DNA from: Vulcanimicrobiaceae bacterium
Lineage (GTDB): Bacteria > Vulcanimicrobiota > Vulcanimicrobiia > Vulcanimicrobiales > Vulcanimicrobiaceae
DNA: 47,153 bases
Reading direction: 5' to 3'
Assembly: GCA_036826275.1 (NCBI GenBank)
Contig: DAISWS010000004.1
Coordinates: 1-47,153, forward strand
Shown: positions 35,054-43,713 of the stretch, piece after piece
Position numbering within the stretch: position 1 is the first letter of the stretch
How the letters are laid out: each line of letters opens with the position of its first letter
Notes under the pieces: model-generated
Told to the model about the DNA's origin: nothing
The model's input: only the letters and a program-made list of their open reading frames with translations
The model's database searches: none
Position numbers and translations under genes: made by a program

Positions 35054-36153
35054 GCCAATTGCTCCAACAACAATCCAATCTGTTCGTAGGTGTGATCCGA
35101 ACGCAAAGAAATGCGCAAGCGCGACGTACCGCGCGGCACCGTCGGCGGCCGGATCGCCGGCGCATTGATGCCGTGACGCGCGCACCGCTCCATAAGGTCA
35201 AGCGTTCGTTGTTCTTCTCCGAGAATAATCGGCACGATCGGACCTTCGCCAAACATCGCGCCGGCTCTGCCGGCAGGTGCCGGAAGTCCCAGATCGCGTA
35301 CGCCTTCGCGCAGGCGGTCCGCATTTGAAAACAGCCGCGCGCGGCGATCGTCTGCGCTTCGCGCAAGCATGATGCCGACGCGGGCAGCGAAGGCGATGGC
35401 CGGCGGCAACGCGCTGTCAAAGATGAACGTACGACCAGTATTGACGAGCAGATCGATGAGCGCCGCGGGACCCGCGATATATCCGCCCGCGGCGCCGACC
35501 GCTTTGCTCAGCGTGCCCAGTATCACGACGCGCTCGCCGGCGATGCCGTGCGCGAGGCCCGCGCCCTGCGCGCCGAAGATGCCGAGCGCGTGCGCTTCGT
35601 CGACGAGCACAATGTCGTCATCGTTGAGATCGGCGGCCATCGCCTGAACGTCCGCTTTGTCGCCGTCCATGCCGAACAGCGATTCCGTCACGATCAGCGC
35701 GGGACGCCGGCGATCCGCTTTGGGCGGCAGCTTGCCGTGGGGATAAATTTCACGATGCGTTTTCGTTAACCGGATGCCGTCGATCAGACATGCGTGGTTG
35801 AGTTCGTCCGAATAGACGGCGTCTACGAACTGCGCGAGGACGGAAATCACGCCGAGCGCCGCCATGTAACCCGACGAAAAGAGCAGCGCGCGCTCCCTGC
35901 CGCTCCACCGCGCAATATCCGTTTCGAGCAGCGTGTGCTCGCGATGCCGGCCGCCGAGCAGACGCGCACCGCCCGCGCCCACGCGTTTGACGTGGCGCAT
36001 CGCTTCCACCATGCGTGAATCGCTCGCAAGCGCAAGATAATCGTTGCAGGAAAAGTCGGCGGCGTAGGTGCGCTCCTGCCCAGCCAGCTCGCGGTAGCGG
36101 TTTTGCGCGCGTATCTCGGCGAGCCGCGCCTCAACGCGCTGCAAGTACGTCAA
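35032..36153 (-). CDS. bioF: 8-amino-7-oxononanoate synthase
   Basis: NDYLAL, DEAHALG and PLP-lysine block GTLSKAVG. 373 aa. Confidence 0.9.
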   Translation of the reverse strand: MTYLQRVEARLAEIRAQNRYRELAGQERTYAADFSCNDYLALASDSRMVEAMRHVKRVGAGGARLLGGRHREHTLLETDIARWSGRERALLFSSGYMAALGVISVLAQFVDAVYSDELNHACLIDGIRLTKTHREIYPHGKLPPKADRRRPALIVTESLFGMDGDKADVQAMAADLNDDDIVLVDEAHALGIFGAQGAGLAHGIAGERVVILGTLSKAVGAAGGYIAGPAALIDLLVNTGRTFIFDSALPPAIAFAARVGIMLARSADDRRARLFSNADRLREGVRDLGLPAPAGRAGAMFGEGPIVPIILGEEQRTLDLMERCARHGINAPAIRPPTVPRGTSRLRISLRSDHTYEQIGLLLEQLACRTAIS

Positions 36154-37354
36154 AAAGATCTCCCAGGAACCGGTGCAGTTCTTCTTGCGTGCTCGAGAGC
36201 GGCGGCACGAGCTGAATCACGTTGCCGATGGGGCGCGTGAAATGCCCGCGCTCGTAGAGTTCGCTCGCAACGCGCCATGCCGGAGTAACCGCATCGCGCC
36301 CGTCGATGTAGCGCTCCTCGAGCTCGACGCCGATCATCAACCCCGCTTCCCGCGTCTCGCGCACGGGCGCCAGCGCGCGCAACTGCGAAAGGTTTACTTG
36401 AATCGCGGCCGACAAATCGGTAACGCGGGCCAGCGTGGTTTCTTTTTCGAACAGTTCGAGATTGGCCAACGCGGCGGCACATGCGATCGGATTGCCGGCG
36501 TACGAGTGGCCGTGAAAGAATTGGCGCATTTCCGTGTGCTCGCCGCGGAACGCATCGTACACGCGTTCCCGTACGACCGTAGCGGAGAGCGCGAGCGTTC
36601 CGCCGGTAATGCCTTTACCGGCGCATAAGATGTCGGGCTCCACGTCGAGTTGCTCGTGCGCGAACATCGTCCCGGTTCTGCCGAACCCCGTTGCGATCTC
36701 GTCGACGATAAGCAGCGGCTTGATATGCTTGAGGGTGTCGTAGCGCTCGCGCGGAACGATGCGCATCCCCGCCGCAGCCTGCACGATCGGCTCCACGATC
36801 ACCGCCGCGACGTCGGCGCGGTCCAGCAGCTCGCGATCGCCGCCATACGGCAGCGTCTGGAACGTAACGGCGCCGTACTGCGATTTAAAAATCGCAATAT
36901 CGGAGACGCTCATCGCGCCGGCGGTGTCGCCATGATACGAATCCACCAGATGCACGAAGCGCGTGCGCTGCGGTTCGCCGGCGTTGCGCCAGTAGTGCAG
37001 CGCCATCTTCAGCGCCGCTTCAACAGCGCTCGCGCCGTCACCGGAAAAGAACGCGTAATCCATCTTGAGCAGGCCGCACAACCGCCGGGCCAGTTCCTCC
37101 GCGACGGGATTGCTCGCGCCGAGCAGGGTCGCGTGGTCGAGTGTTTGTGCTTGCCGCGTTATCGCAGCGGCGATGTGCGGATGGCAATGGCCGTGGACGG
37201 TCGTCCAAATCGAACTGACCGCATCGAAGACGCGGCGGCCGCGCGAATCGACGAGATAGTTGCCCTCACCGCGCACGAACGTGCGCTGCGAGGCATCGAA
37301 GGCGTCCATCTGCGTAAACGGCAGCCACAGGCGGCCGGTAGCGGTTCCTAGCAC
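36131..37354 (-). CDS. bioA: Adenosylmethionine-8-amino-7-oxononanoate aminotransferase
   Basis: LWLPFTQM N-terminus, DEIATGFGRTG, and GKGITGG containing the PLP lysine. GTG start. It overlaps the bioF start by 23 nt. Confidence 0.9.
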   Translation of the reverse strand: MLGTATGRLWLPFTQMDAFDASQRTFVRGEGNYLVDSRGRRVFDAVSSIWTTVHGHCHPHIAAAITRQAQTLDHATLLGASNPVAEELARRLCGLLKMDYAFFSGDGASAVEAALKMALHYWRNAGEPQRTRFVHLVDSYHGDTAGAMSVSDIAIFKSQYGAVTFQTLPYGGDRELLDRADVAAVIVEPIVQAAAGMRIVPRERYDTLKHIKPLLIVDEIATGFGRTGTMFAHEQLDVEPDILCAGKGITGGTLALSATVVRERVYDAFRGEHTEMRQFFHGHSYAGNPIACAAALANLELFEKETTLARVTDLSAAIQVNLSQLRALAPVRETREAGLMIGVELEERYIDGRDAVTPAWRVASELYERGHFTRPIGNVIQLVPPLSSTQEELHRFLGDLFDVLAAR

Positions 37355-37407
37355 GGGGCGTTATTGTTTGCCGCCCGGCGCGAACGCCCTCGAAGGAGCG
37401 CCTACCG

Positions 37408-37938
37408 TCAGGTCTCTATGCGTTCGTCGATAGAGACGTTGTACAAGAACAAGAACTTGTGCCACTCGTCCGGTAGCGTGTTCCGCTTGATCTGAATCCA
37501 CGGTATGTACTTGGGCTGGCGCGGCTTGCGCTTCAGCTTCATGTTGCAATCGTCGGGCGTGCGATTATTCTTGCGGTTGTTGCAGCGCATGCATGCGCAG
37601 ACCAGGTTTTCCCAGGTTGACGGTCCGCCTTTGCTGCGCGGCATCACATGATCCACCGTCATGAAGCGATCGCCGCGAAGCCCGCAGTACTGGCACGTGT
37701 GATCGTCTCGAATCAAAATGTTTTTCTTCGTGAGGGCGACCTTTTGCATCGGACGCTTGATGTAATACAGCATCCTGATGATCGACGGCATGCGCATCTC
37801 GAACGTCGTGGACGCGATTATCCGCTCGCGGCCATGGACGACCTCCGCCTTTCCGGCGAAGATCAACTTGACGGCGCGCTGGAAGTTCGTGATGTTCAGC
37901 GCTTCGTACGTGAAGTTCAATACGAGAACGTCGCTCAA
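37408..37938 (-). CDS. Small stand-alone HNH endonuclease
   Basis: VLVLNFTYEAL N-terminus. The HNH core is CQYCG...TVDHVMPRSKGGPSTWENLVCACMRCNNRK. TTG start at 37938 (inferred). Confidence 0.8.
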   Translation of the reverse strand: MSDVLVLNFTYEALNITNFQRAVKLIFAGKAEVVHGRERIIASTTFEMRMPSIIRMLYYIKRPMQKVALTKKNILIRDDHTCQYCGLRGDRFMTVDHVMPRSKGGPSTWENLVCACMRCNNRKNNRTPDDCNMKLKRKPRQPKYIPWIQIKRNTLPDEWHKFLFLYNVSIDERIET

Positions 37939-37965
37939 TCTGCCCCCCCACACATCGCAAACGAT

Positions 37966-38001
37966 AAAAAAAGAAAGCGAGGCATCACAAACCTCGCTTC
38001 C
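37966..38001 (-). terminator. Rho-independent terminator overlapping the DUF1844 stop codon
   Basis: The - strand reads GGAAGCGAGG-UUUGUGAUG-CCUCGCUUUC followed by U7 (37966-37972). This is a 10-bp stem including one G-U pair. The TGA stop (37985-37987) lies in the loop. Confidence 0.8.
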
Positions 38002-38275
38002 GCACAAACGTCATTCTGGTTTCGGCTAACAACTGACTTATTGCTAACCGCTCCTGCGGCCTCAGCCGTTCTTTCACCCGTTCGAAGGCCGAACTGGCAA
38101 CGTCGATGGCAACTTCGGCGGCGGGCAGGTCGCCTTGCTTGCCCTCCTCGCCGGCGAGATAGGCGTGCGCCGCGAGGGTCAGGCGGGCGATAGAGTCCGT
38201 GACCAGGACCTCCACCGGAGGTATCTGGTCCGCGCCGATGGTTTCCGGTTCCGAGCTCGGAGCGTGCGGACTCAT
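37985..38275 (-). CDS. DUF1844-like small protein
   Basis: 96 aa. The pattern (hydrophobic LTLAAHAYL, acidic middle, C-terminal LLAETRMTF) matches my recollection of DUF1844. It starts 13 nt after pdxT. Confidence 0.55.
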   Translation of the reverse strand: MSPHAPSSEPETIGADQIPPVEVLVTDSIARLTLAAHAYLAGEEGKQGDLPAAEVAIDVASSAFERVKERLRPQERLAISQLLAETRMTFVRKRGL

Positions 38276-38288
38276 ACTCCTACGGAAT

Positions 38289-38894
38289 TTAGGCTACGCT
38301 GCGTTGGTTCCCTACTGGTTTTTCCCGCGACTCGCGCACCATTTGCAGAAAATAGCCGTGCACCCGCCCGTCCTGCGTGAGCTCCGGGTGGAACGAGGTA
38401 GCTAGCACGTTGCCCTGGCGCACCATCACGCCGTGCCCCTTGCGCTCGGCAAGCACCTCCACACCGGATCCGGAACGCTCGATCCACGGAGCGCGGATGA
38501 AGATTGCCGGAAACGGGGTTTCACCCAGCGAGGGAACCCGCAGTTCGACTTCCGCCGATTCGTTTTGCCGGCCGAACGCATTGCGCCGCACGGAAATATC
38601 GATCAGATCGAGAGAAGGCTGCGCCAGCGCGACGACCTCGCGAGCAATGACGATCATGCCCATGCACGTGCCCCAGATCGGCATTCCCGCGCGCACCCGT
38701 TCGACGATGGGCGCTGCCAGCGCAAAGCGGTCCAGCAGCTTCATGACGGTCGTCGACTCGCCGCCCGGAATGATCAAGCCGTCGACGCGCGCCAAATCTT
38801 GCGGTCTCTTGACCTCGATAGCGTCGCCACCCGCGCGCTGCACCGCAGCGACGTGCTCGACCACGTCGCCTTGCAGCGCCAGTACGCCGATCAC
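38289..38894 (-). CDS. pdxT: Pyridoxal 5'-phosphate synthase glutaminase subunit
   Basis: IGVLALQGD, LIIPGGESTT, WGTCMGM (nucleophile Cys) and SFHPE. GTG 38894 lies directly after the pdxS TAA. Confidence 0.9.
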   Translation of the reverse strand: MIGVLALQGDVVEHVAAVQRAGGDAIEVKRPQDLARVDGLIIPGGESTTVMKLLDRFALAAPIVERVRAGMPIWGTCMGMIVIAREVVALAQPSLDLIDISVRRNAFGRQNESAEVELRVPSLGETPFPAIFIRAPWIERSGSGVEVLAERKGHGVMVRQGNVLATSFHPELTQDGRVHGYFLQMVRESREKPVGNQRSVA

Positions 38895-38895
38895 G

Positions 38896-39792
38896 TTAGT
38901 TGCCACGCGGCGCGAGCAGCTCCGATTCGGGAAGTTTGCGAAGGTCGATGCCTTCCATCGCCAGTGCGTCCTTGCCGAGCGATTTGCTTGCCGCAACGAT
39001 GACCTTCGGATCGTTATAGTGCGTGGTCGCATCGACGATCGCTTTTGCAAACGCTTTGGGACTGTTCGACTTGAAGATGCCGCTGCCCACGAAGATGCCC
39101 TCGGCACCAAGCTGCATCATCAGCGCGGCGTCCGCCGGCGTCGACACGCCGCCCGCACAGAACAGGACGACGGGAAGTTTGCCGCTGCGGGCAACGTCGC
39201 GAACCAGTTCGAGCGGCGCGCCGAGATCGCGGGCACGTGCGACCAGCTCTTCTTCCGGAACAACGGTCAATTCTTTGATGGCATCGCTAATCGCGCGAAT
39301 ATGGCGGACGGCCTCGACGATATTGCCGCTGCCGGCTTCGCCCTTGCTGCGAATCATCGCGGCGCCTTCGGCGATGCGGCGAAGCGCTTCACCGAGATCG
39401 CGCGCGCCGCAGACGAACGGCGTCGTGAAGCCGTGCTTGCTGACGTGATACTTGTCGTCGGCGGGCGTGAGCACTTCCGATTCATCGATGAAATCGATGC
39501 CGAGCTCTTGCAGCGTCTGCGCCTCGGCAAAGTGTCCGATGCGCACTTTCGCCATGACCGGAATCGTGACCGCGTCCATGATCGACTGCACCAGTTCCAA
39601 ATTGCTCATGCGCGCCACGCCGCCCATCGCACGGATGTCCGCGGGAATGCGCTCGAGCGCCATAACGGCGACCGCGCCGGCTTCTTGTGCGATTACGGCT
39701 TGCTCGGGCGTGACGACGTCCATGATGACGCCGCCCTTGAGCATCTGCGCGAGCCCGCGCTTAACGGTAACGGTTCCGGTTGTCTCTGTCAT
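38896..39792 (-). CDS. pdxS: Pyridoxal 5'-phosphate synthase lyase subunit
   Basis: [26 protein letters not shown] and [15 protein letters not shown]. 298 aa. Confidence 0.95.
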   Translation of the reverse strand: MTETTGTVTVKRGLAQMLKGGVIMDVVTPEQAVIAQEAGAVAVMALERIPADIRAMGGVARMSNLELVQSIMDAVTIPVMAKVRIGHFAEAQTLQELGIDFIDESEVLTPADDKYHVSKHGFTTPFVCGARDLGEALRRIAEGAAMIRSKGEAGSGNIVEAVRHIRAISDAIKELTVVPEEELVARARDLGAPLELVRDVARSGKLPVVLFCAGGVSTPADAALMMQLGAEGIFVGSGIFKSNSPKAFAKAIVDATTHYNDPKVIVAASKSLGKDALAMEGIDLRKLPESELLAPRGN

Positions 39793-39798
39793 GATCCC

Positions 39799-39827
39799 AT
39801 CATAACAGCCATTTCCAATGGTGACAT
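39799..39827 (-). promoter_or_regulatory. Promoter-like element with leaderless geometry for pdxS, embedded in the shared CCAAT-hairpin motif
   Basis: The - strand reads ATGTCA (39822-39827), 17 nt, TATGAT (39799-39804), GGGATC, then ATG. No SD is visible. The palindrome CCAATG-gtga-CATTGG (39815-39830) overlaps the -35 region. Confidence 0.4.
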
Positions 39828-39845
39828 TGGGAATAAAATTTGGGC

Positions 39846-40322
39846 TTACGGCTCCGGGGAGGTTGCGGCTTCGGGCACGCCGCTCGGGCTGGCGCTCGGT
39901 GAGGCGCTAGGCGAGCCGCTGCCCTCCGGGGTAGCTGTCGGCAGCGGTGCGGCGCGCCGCCAAATCGGGATGTTCAGATTCGGCGTGGGCGTCGGCGTCG
40001 GAGCCTGCGTCGGGGGCGCCGCGTACTTCGGCACCGGCGTCGGCGTCGGCGGCGCGACGGGGGGTACGCGCGGGTCGGGGAAGCCCGGATCCGGAGCGGC
40101 CGCCATAACGTCGGTCCGCTTCCAATCGGGGCCGTAGGGCTTGGCACCGGTCTGCAGGGGTGCCGGCGTAACGGTCACCGGCGCAATGCTTTCCAGCCGT
40201 TTTTCCGTCACTTGTCCGATGACGCGGTTGCCCGCGCGTTCGCCCAAAGCGATGCCCGCCACGAGCACCAAAATGCCGAGGGCGAGGACAACCGTCATGA
40301 AGCGCTTGGATGGATCCGGCAC
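39846..40322 (-). CDS. Membrane-anchored proline/threonine/serine-rich protein
   Basis: One N-terminal TM helix ([19 protein letters not shown]) is followed by low-complexity TPTPTP and [12 protein letters not shown] tracts. Confidence 0.55.
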   Translation of the reverse strand: MPDPSKRFMTVVLALGILVLVAGIALGERAGNRVIGQVTEKRLESIAPVTVTPAPLQTGAKPYGPDWKRTDVMAAAPDPGFPDPRVPPVAPPTPTPVPKYAAPPTQAPTPTPTPNLNIPIWRRAAPLPTATPEGSGSPSASPSASPSGVPEAATSPEP

Positions 40323-40342
40323 GGGACTCTACGGATACGTGG

Positions 40343-42784
40343 CTAGACGGTTTCGAGCCTGCGTGGCGCGACGTCCCGCGCGGCAGCGCGCGCTTGACGC
40401 TCGGCCGGCTTGCCCACCAAGTGCACTTCCCGAAGCTCTCCCGGCGCGAGCGACGCCTTCTGCGTCATGCCGCGGAATTCAATCGAAACGTTGCGCGCCT
40501 GATCGTTGAGATTGCACAAAAAGACGCGCACCGCGCCGTCGTCGTCTTCGAACGCGACCGCGCCGACTTCGACCGGCGAGGTGGACACTTCATCGCTCAC
40601 GTCGCGCCCGGCGTACATGCAGACGTAGGGCTCCTCCGCGGAGAGCTCGCGCATGTTGCCGTAGATCGCGTTACGTTCCAAATCGATCACGTACGTGCAG
40701 AGCTTGCCGCCCCAATGCACGCGCGCGGCCGCAACCCATTTCCATCCGTGCGGTCGAAGCGGCACGAGGTGCGGGCGGCCGCTGGTGCGATAGCCGTCGA
40801 GGCCGCCGATCGTTTCCGCGATGGCCCACAAGTATTTTGCTCCGGTCCATGGTGAGAGATACATGCCGCGGTTGGTCAGCGAACCGCCGTCGAACCATTC
40901 GCCGAATTCGCCCGGCACGGTGTTGCGCACGGCGCCGGCTTCCATCGTATCGTAGATCGCTTCCAACCAGTGCACGGCGGCTTCGACGTTGCCGTTGCGC
41001 GCCAGGCAAATGACGAACCAGAGCGTGAGATCGGGCCACACGCCGCCGAGCAAACCGAATCCGTGCGACGGAAAGTACCAGGAATCGGCCGTCGAGATCG
41101 TCCGCAAACCGACGGGCGTCGTGAAATCCGCTTCGCACAAACGATCGAGAATCTTGCGCCGCTGCTCCGAGTCTGCCACGTTGAACAGCACCGGGAAGAC
41201 CTCGTCGGCGGTGAAGTTGTCCTGATAGTTTTGCTCTTGGTCGTAATTGAGCACGAACGCGCCGGTATCGCTATTGAAAAGATACTGCATCATCGCTTGC
41301 CGCAACGAATGCGCCTCGGACGAATAGCGGTGCCAGCGCTCGTTGTCGCCAACGACGGCCGCGAGCATCGCCGCCGCTTCCAGCGCGAACACACCCTCGG
41401 CATTGATCTCCGTCACGGCGCCGTCGAGCGTATAATATGGAATGATGTTGCGCCAGGAGCTGATGCCGAACATGTCCACGCCGTTTGCACGGCAGAACAG
41501 CAGGCCGTTCTTGTCGCGCTGCGTGAGCATGTAGTCCGCAATCTTGCAAATGAGCGGAAACCAGTCGCGCACCCATTGATCGTCCAGCGTGGCGTTGTAG
41601 TGGTGCAGCATGGCGATGAGATGCAGCGGCGTATCGTCGTTGATGTTCAACTCGTACGAGGTCTTGAACCCGCTCACGCCGCGAACGTCGATCATCTCGC
41701 CATTGTCTTCGATGAACGAATTGAACACTTCGATTGCATCGCGGCTGAATTGCGGCAAGAAGTAATCGAAGCCGTGCACGAACCACGACGTATCGCGTGA
41801 GACCAGAATATCGGACGGCGGCGAATTGGTCGATCCCCAGCCGTTTGGATACTCTTTGATGATGCGCAGCATGTTCGCTTTGGCCCACACGACACCGCGG
41901 CTGACGGCCGGTGAGGGCGCCATGAAGCGCGCATCCGCCAGTTTTGCTCCGAAATATCTCTGCGTTTCGTGCAGCGCTTTGGGATCGTGCAACAGCTGTT
42001 CGAGAACCGGGCGCGATTTCGCCTCGCCGTCCTTATGGAAAACCACCGCCAAACGCAGCGATTCGCGCGAACCCGGTGCGACGTTGATGCGGTATTCCAG
42101 AGCGCCGAAGATGCGGCGGCTCACGCATTCCGCAAGCTGCGGCGTAACTTCGTCCAAGTGTTCTTCGGGCCGCAGCGAACCCGCACGCATATGGTGCAGC
42201 ATGATCTGCTCGCGCAGTCCGACGATCGCGGCGTGCGGAGCGCGCGAACCTCCCCACCACCGCTCCGCGCCCGTCTGCTGATTTTTCGAGCAAATATAAT
42301 CGCCTTGCACCGTTGCGCGCACTTCGTGTTCCGGCTCGCCGTAAAAGCGTTGCCCGACGAGCAGTGCCCACGGAAAGACCGCGACCTCGAGCGGTGTGCC
42401 GCCCGGATTGTACAGCGTAACGTCGACCACAAAGCTGACGACTCGTTCGTGTTTGGGTCCGTGCGGCACGTAGAATGCTTCCGTGACGTGTAAGCGGTCG
42501 GCAATCGTGAATTCCGAGATCTGCGCGTACGGCAAGAACGTGAACTCACGCGTGATCTGGTGCGGAAACACGGTTTGCTTGAGATCGCGCAGCCGGTAGG
42601 CGATTTGATGGGTGCCGAAGATGATCTGGTCGGTGTCGGCGTCCCAAAGACCGCGGATGCCGCCCTTGGCGGTGGATTGCGCGAAAGACTTGAAATTGCC
42701 AAGCAGCAGCCCGTACGGCGTTTGCGCCTCGGGTAAGACGTACGCGCAATATTCGTTGTGCTGTGCGTCGTAACTGGGTCGCAT
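40343..42784 (-). CDS. Large (alpha/alpha)6-barrel glycosidase, amylo-alpha-1,6-glucosidase (GDE_C)-like
   Basis: 813 aa. Blocks VSRDTSWFVHGF, DGAVTEINAEGVFALEAAA and TPVGLRTISTADSWYFP...GGVWPDLTLWF resemble GDE_C/six-hairpin glycosidases. The exact family is not determinable by eye. Confidence 0.55.
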   Translation of the reverse strand: MRPSYDAQHNEYCAYVLPEAQTPYGLLLGNFKSFAQSTAKGGIRGLWDADTDQIIFGTHQIAYRLRDLKQTVFPHQITREFTFLPYAQISEFTIADRLHVTEAFYVPHGPKHERVVSFVVDVTLYNPGGTPLEVAVFPWALLVGQRFYGEPEHEVRATVQGDYICSKNQQTGAERWWGGSRAPHAAIVGLREQIMLHHMRAGSLRPEEHLDEVTPQLAECVSRRIFGALEYRINVAPGSRESLRLAVVFHKDGEAKSRPVLEQLLHDPKALHETQRYFGAKLADARFMAPSPAVSRGVVWAKANMLRIIKEYPNGWGSTNSPPSDILVSRDTSWFVHGFDYFLPQFSRDAIEVFNSFIEDNGEMIDVRGVSGFKTSYELNINDDTPLHLIAMLHHYNATLDDQWVRDWFPLICKIADYMLTQRDKNGLLFCRANGVDMFGISSWRNIIPYYTLDGAVTEINAEGVFALEAAAMLAAVVGDNERWHRYSSEAHSLRQAMMQYLFNSDTGAFVLNYDQEQNYQDNFTADEVFPVLFNVADSEQRRKILDRLCEADFTTPVGLRTISTADSWYFPSHGFGLLGGVWPDLTLWFVICLARNGNVEAAVHWLEAIYDTMEAGAVRNTVPGEFGEWFDGGSLTNRGMYLSPWTGAKYLWAIAETIGGLDGYRTSGRPHLVPLRPHGWKWVAAARVHWGGKLCTYVIDLERNAIYGNMRELSAEEPYVCMYAGRDVSDEVSTSPVEVGAVAFEDDDGAVRVFLCNLNDQARNVSIEFRGMTQKASLAPGELREVHLVGKPAERQARAAARDVAPRRLETV

Positions 42785-42843
42785 ATGCTTCTACATACCA
42801 CCCGGCGCAGGGATGTCCCGCCCGCGCAAGCAACCGCAGCCGC

Positions 42844-43713
42844 GTGAAAGCAAGCGAGACGCTGCGCGCCCCCGCGAAGCTCAACCTCACGCTTGAAGTG
42901 CTCTCGCGCCGCGAGGACGGATTGCACGCCCTGCGCAGCGTGATGGTTCCCGTGGATGTTTGCGACGAGTTACGCGTCGGCCCGGGCGGCGCGGCGTTCT
43001 CTTGCGACGTCACCGAGTTGCAGTCTGACAACCTCGTGGAGCGCGCGCTGACCGCGCTTGCGATCTCGGGTTACGACGTTCACTTGCACAAGGCGATTCC
43101 GACCGGCGCGGGAATGGGCGGCGGCTCCAGCGATGCTGCGGCAATCTTGCTCGCCGCACAGCGCGGCATTTTTGGCACACCGCCGGCGGTCGATTACGTG
43201 GCCGTCGCGCGGTCACTCGGATCGGACGTACCGTTCTTTTTGGTCGAAACCGCGGCACTAGTAGAAGGAACGGGCGAACGCGTTACTGCTCTGGGTCCCG
43301 TTCCGCCTTGGCATGCCGTTGTCGTAAAGCCGGCAGTGGCCGTGTCTACCGCGTGGGCGTACTCGCAAATCGACGCATCGATCCGCGAAAGCAGACCGCG
43401 CAATCGTTCGGCGAGCTTAGAGATGGGCGAGGCATTGCAGCGCGGTGATTTCGATCGGGCGGTGGCTCTGCTGCAGAATGATTTTCACGACGTCCTCGCG
43501 CCCGTGACGCCGGAGATCGCCGCAGCAGCCGATGCACTGCGTTCGGCCGGCGCGCAAAAGCCGATGCTTACGGGCTCGGGTTCCTGCGTGTTTGCGCTCG
43601 CGCGAACGGCGCAGGAAGCAGCAGCGATTGCAAAGGCCTGTCCACTCGCCGAAGGCTCGCGCATACTGACATGCGCGTTTTGGAACGGCGAGGCATGGCG
43701 TAACGCCGCGTGA
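42844..43713 (+). CDS. ispE: 4-diphosphocytidyl-2-C-methyl-D-erythritol kinase
   Basis: APAKLNLTLEV, and the GHMP kinase motif PTGAGMGGGSSDAAA. GTG start at 42844 (inferred). Confidence 0.85.
   Translation: MKASETLRAPAKLNLTLEVLSRREDGLHALRSVMVPVDVCDELRVGPGGAAFSCDVTELQSDNLVERALTALAISGYDVHLHKAIPTGAGMGGGSSDAAAILLAAQRGIFGTPPAVDYVAVARSLGSDVPFFLVETAALVEGTGERVTALGPVPPWHAVVVKPAVAVSTAWAYSQIDASIRESRPRNRSASLEMGEALQRGDFDRAVALLQNDFHDVLAPVTPEIAAAADALRSAGAQKPMLTGSGSCVFALARTAQEAAAIAKACPLAEGSRILTCAFWNGEAWRNAA

Noticed and set aside
33406-37354. bioA-bioF-bioD-bioB lacking bioC/bioH/bioW as an anomaly
   Set aside because: Pimeloyl-thioester synthesis genes are frequently unlinked from the core bio operon, so their absence from this window is not informative.
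37408-37938. HNH gene as an IscB/HEARO-type or restriction/defence element
   Set aside because: At ~177 aa it is only an HNH core with a conserved housekeeping-type N-terminus. There is no RuvC or bridge-helix region, no adjacent long structured RNA, and no methylase or other defence partner.
39880-40110. Short tandem GC-rich DNA repeats (ggcgtcggcgtcgg...) that could look like an array
   Set aside because: They lie inside a CDS and encode TPTPTP and SPSASP low-complexity tracts. There is no repeat-spacer periodicity, so this is not a CRISPR array.
38377-40137. 586-aa ORF on the + strand across pdxT, pdxS and the Pro-rich gene
   Set aside because: It is antisense to unmistakable pdxS and pdxT genes. 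Its low-complexity Ala/Arg/Gly content marks it as a GC-rich shadow frame.
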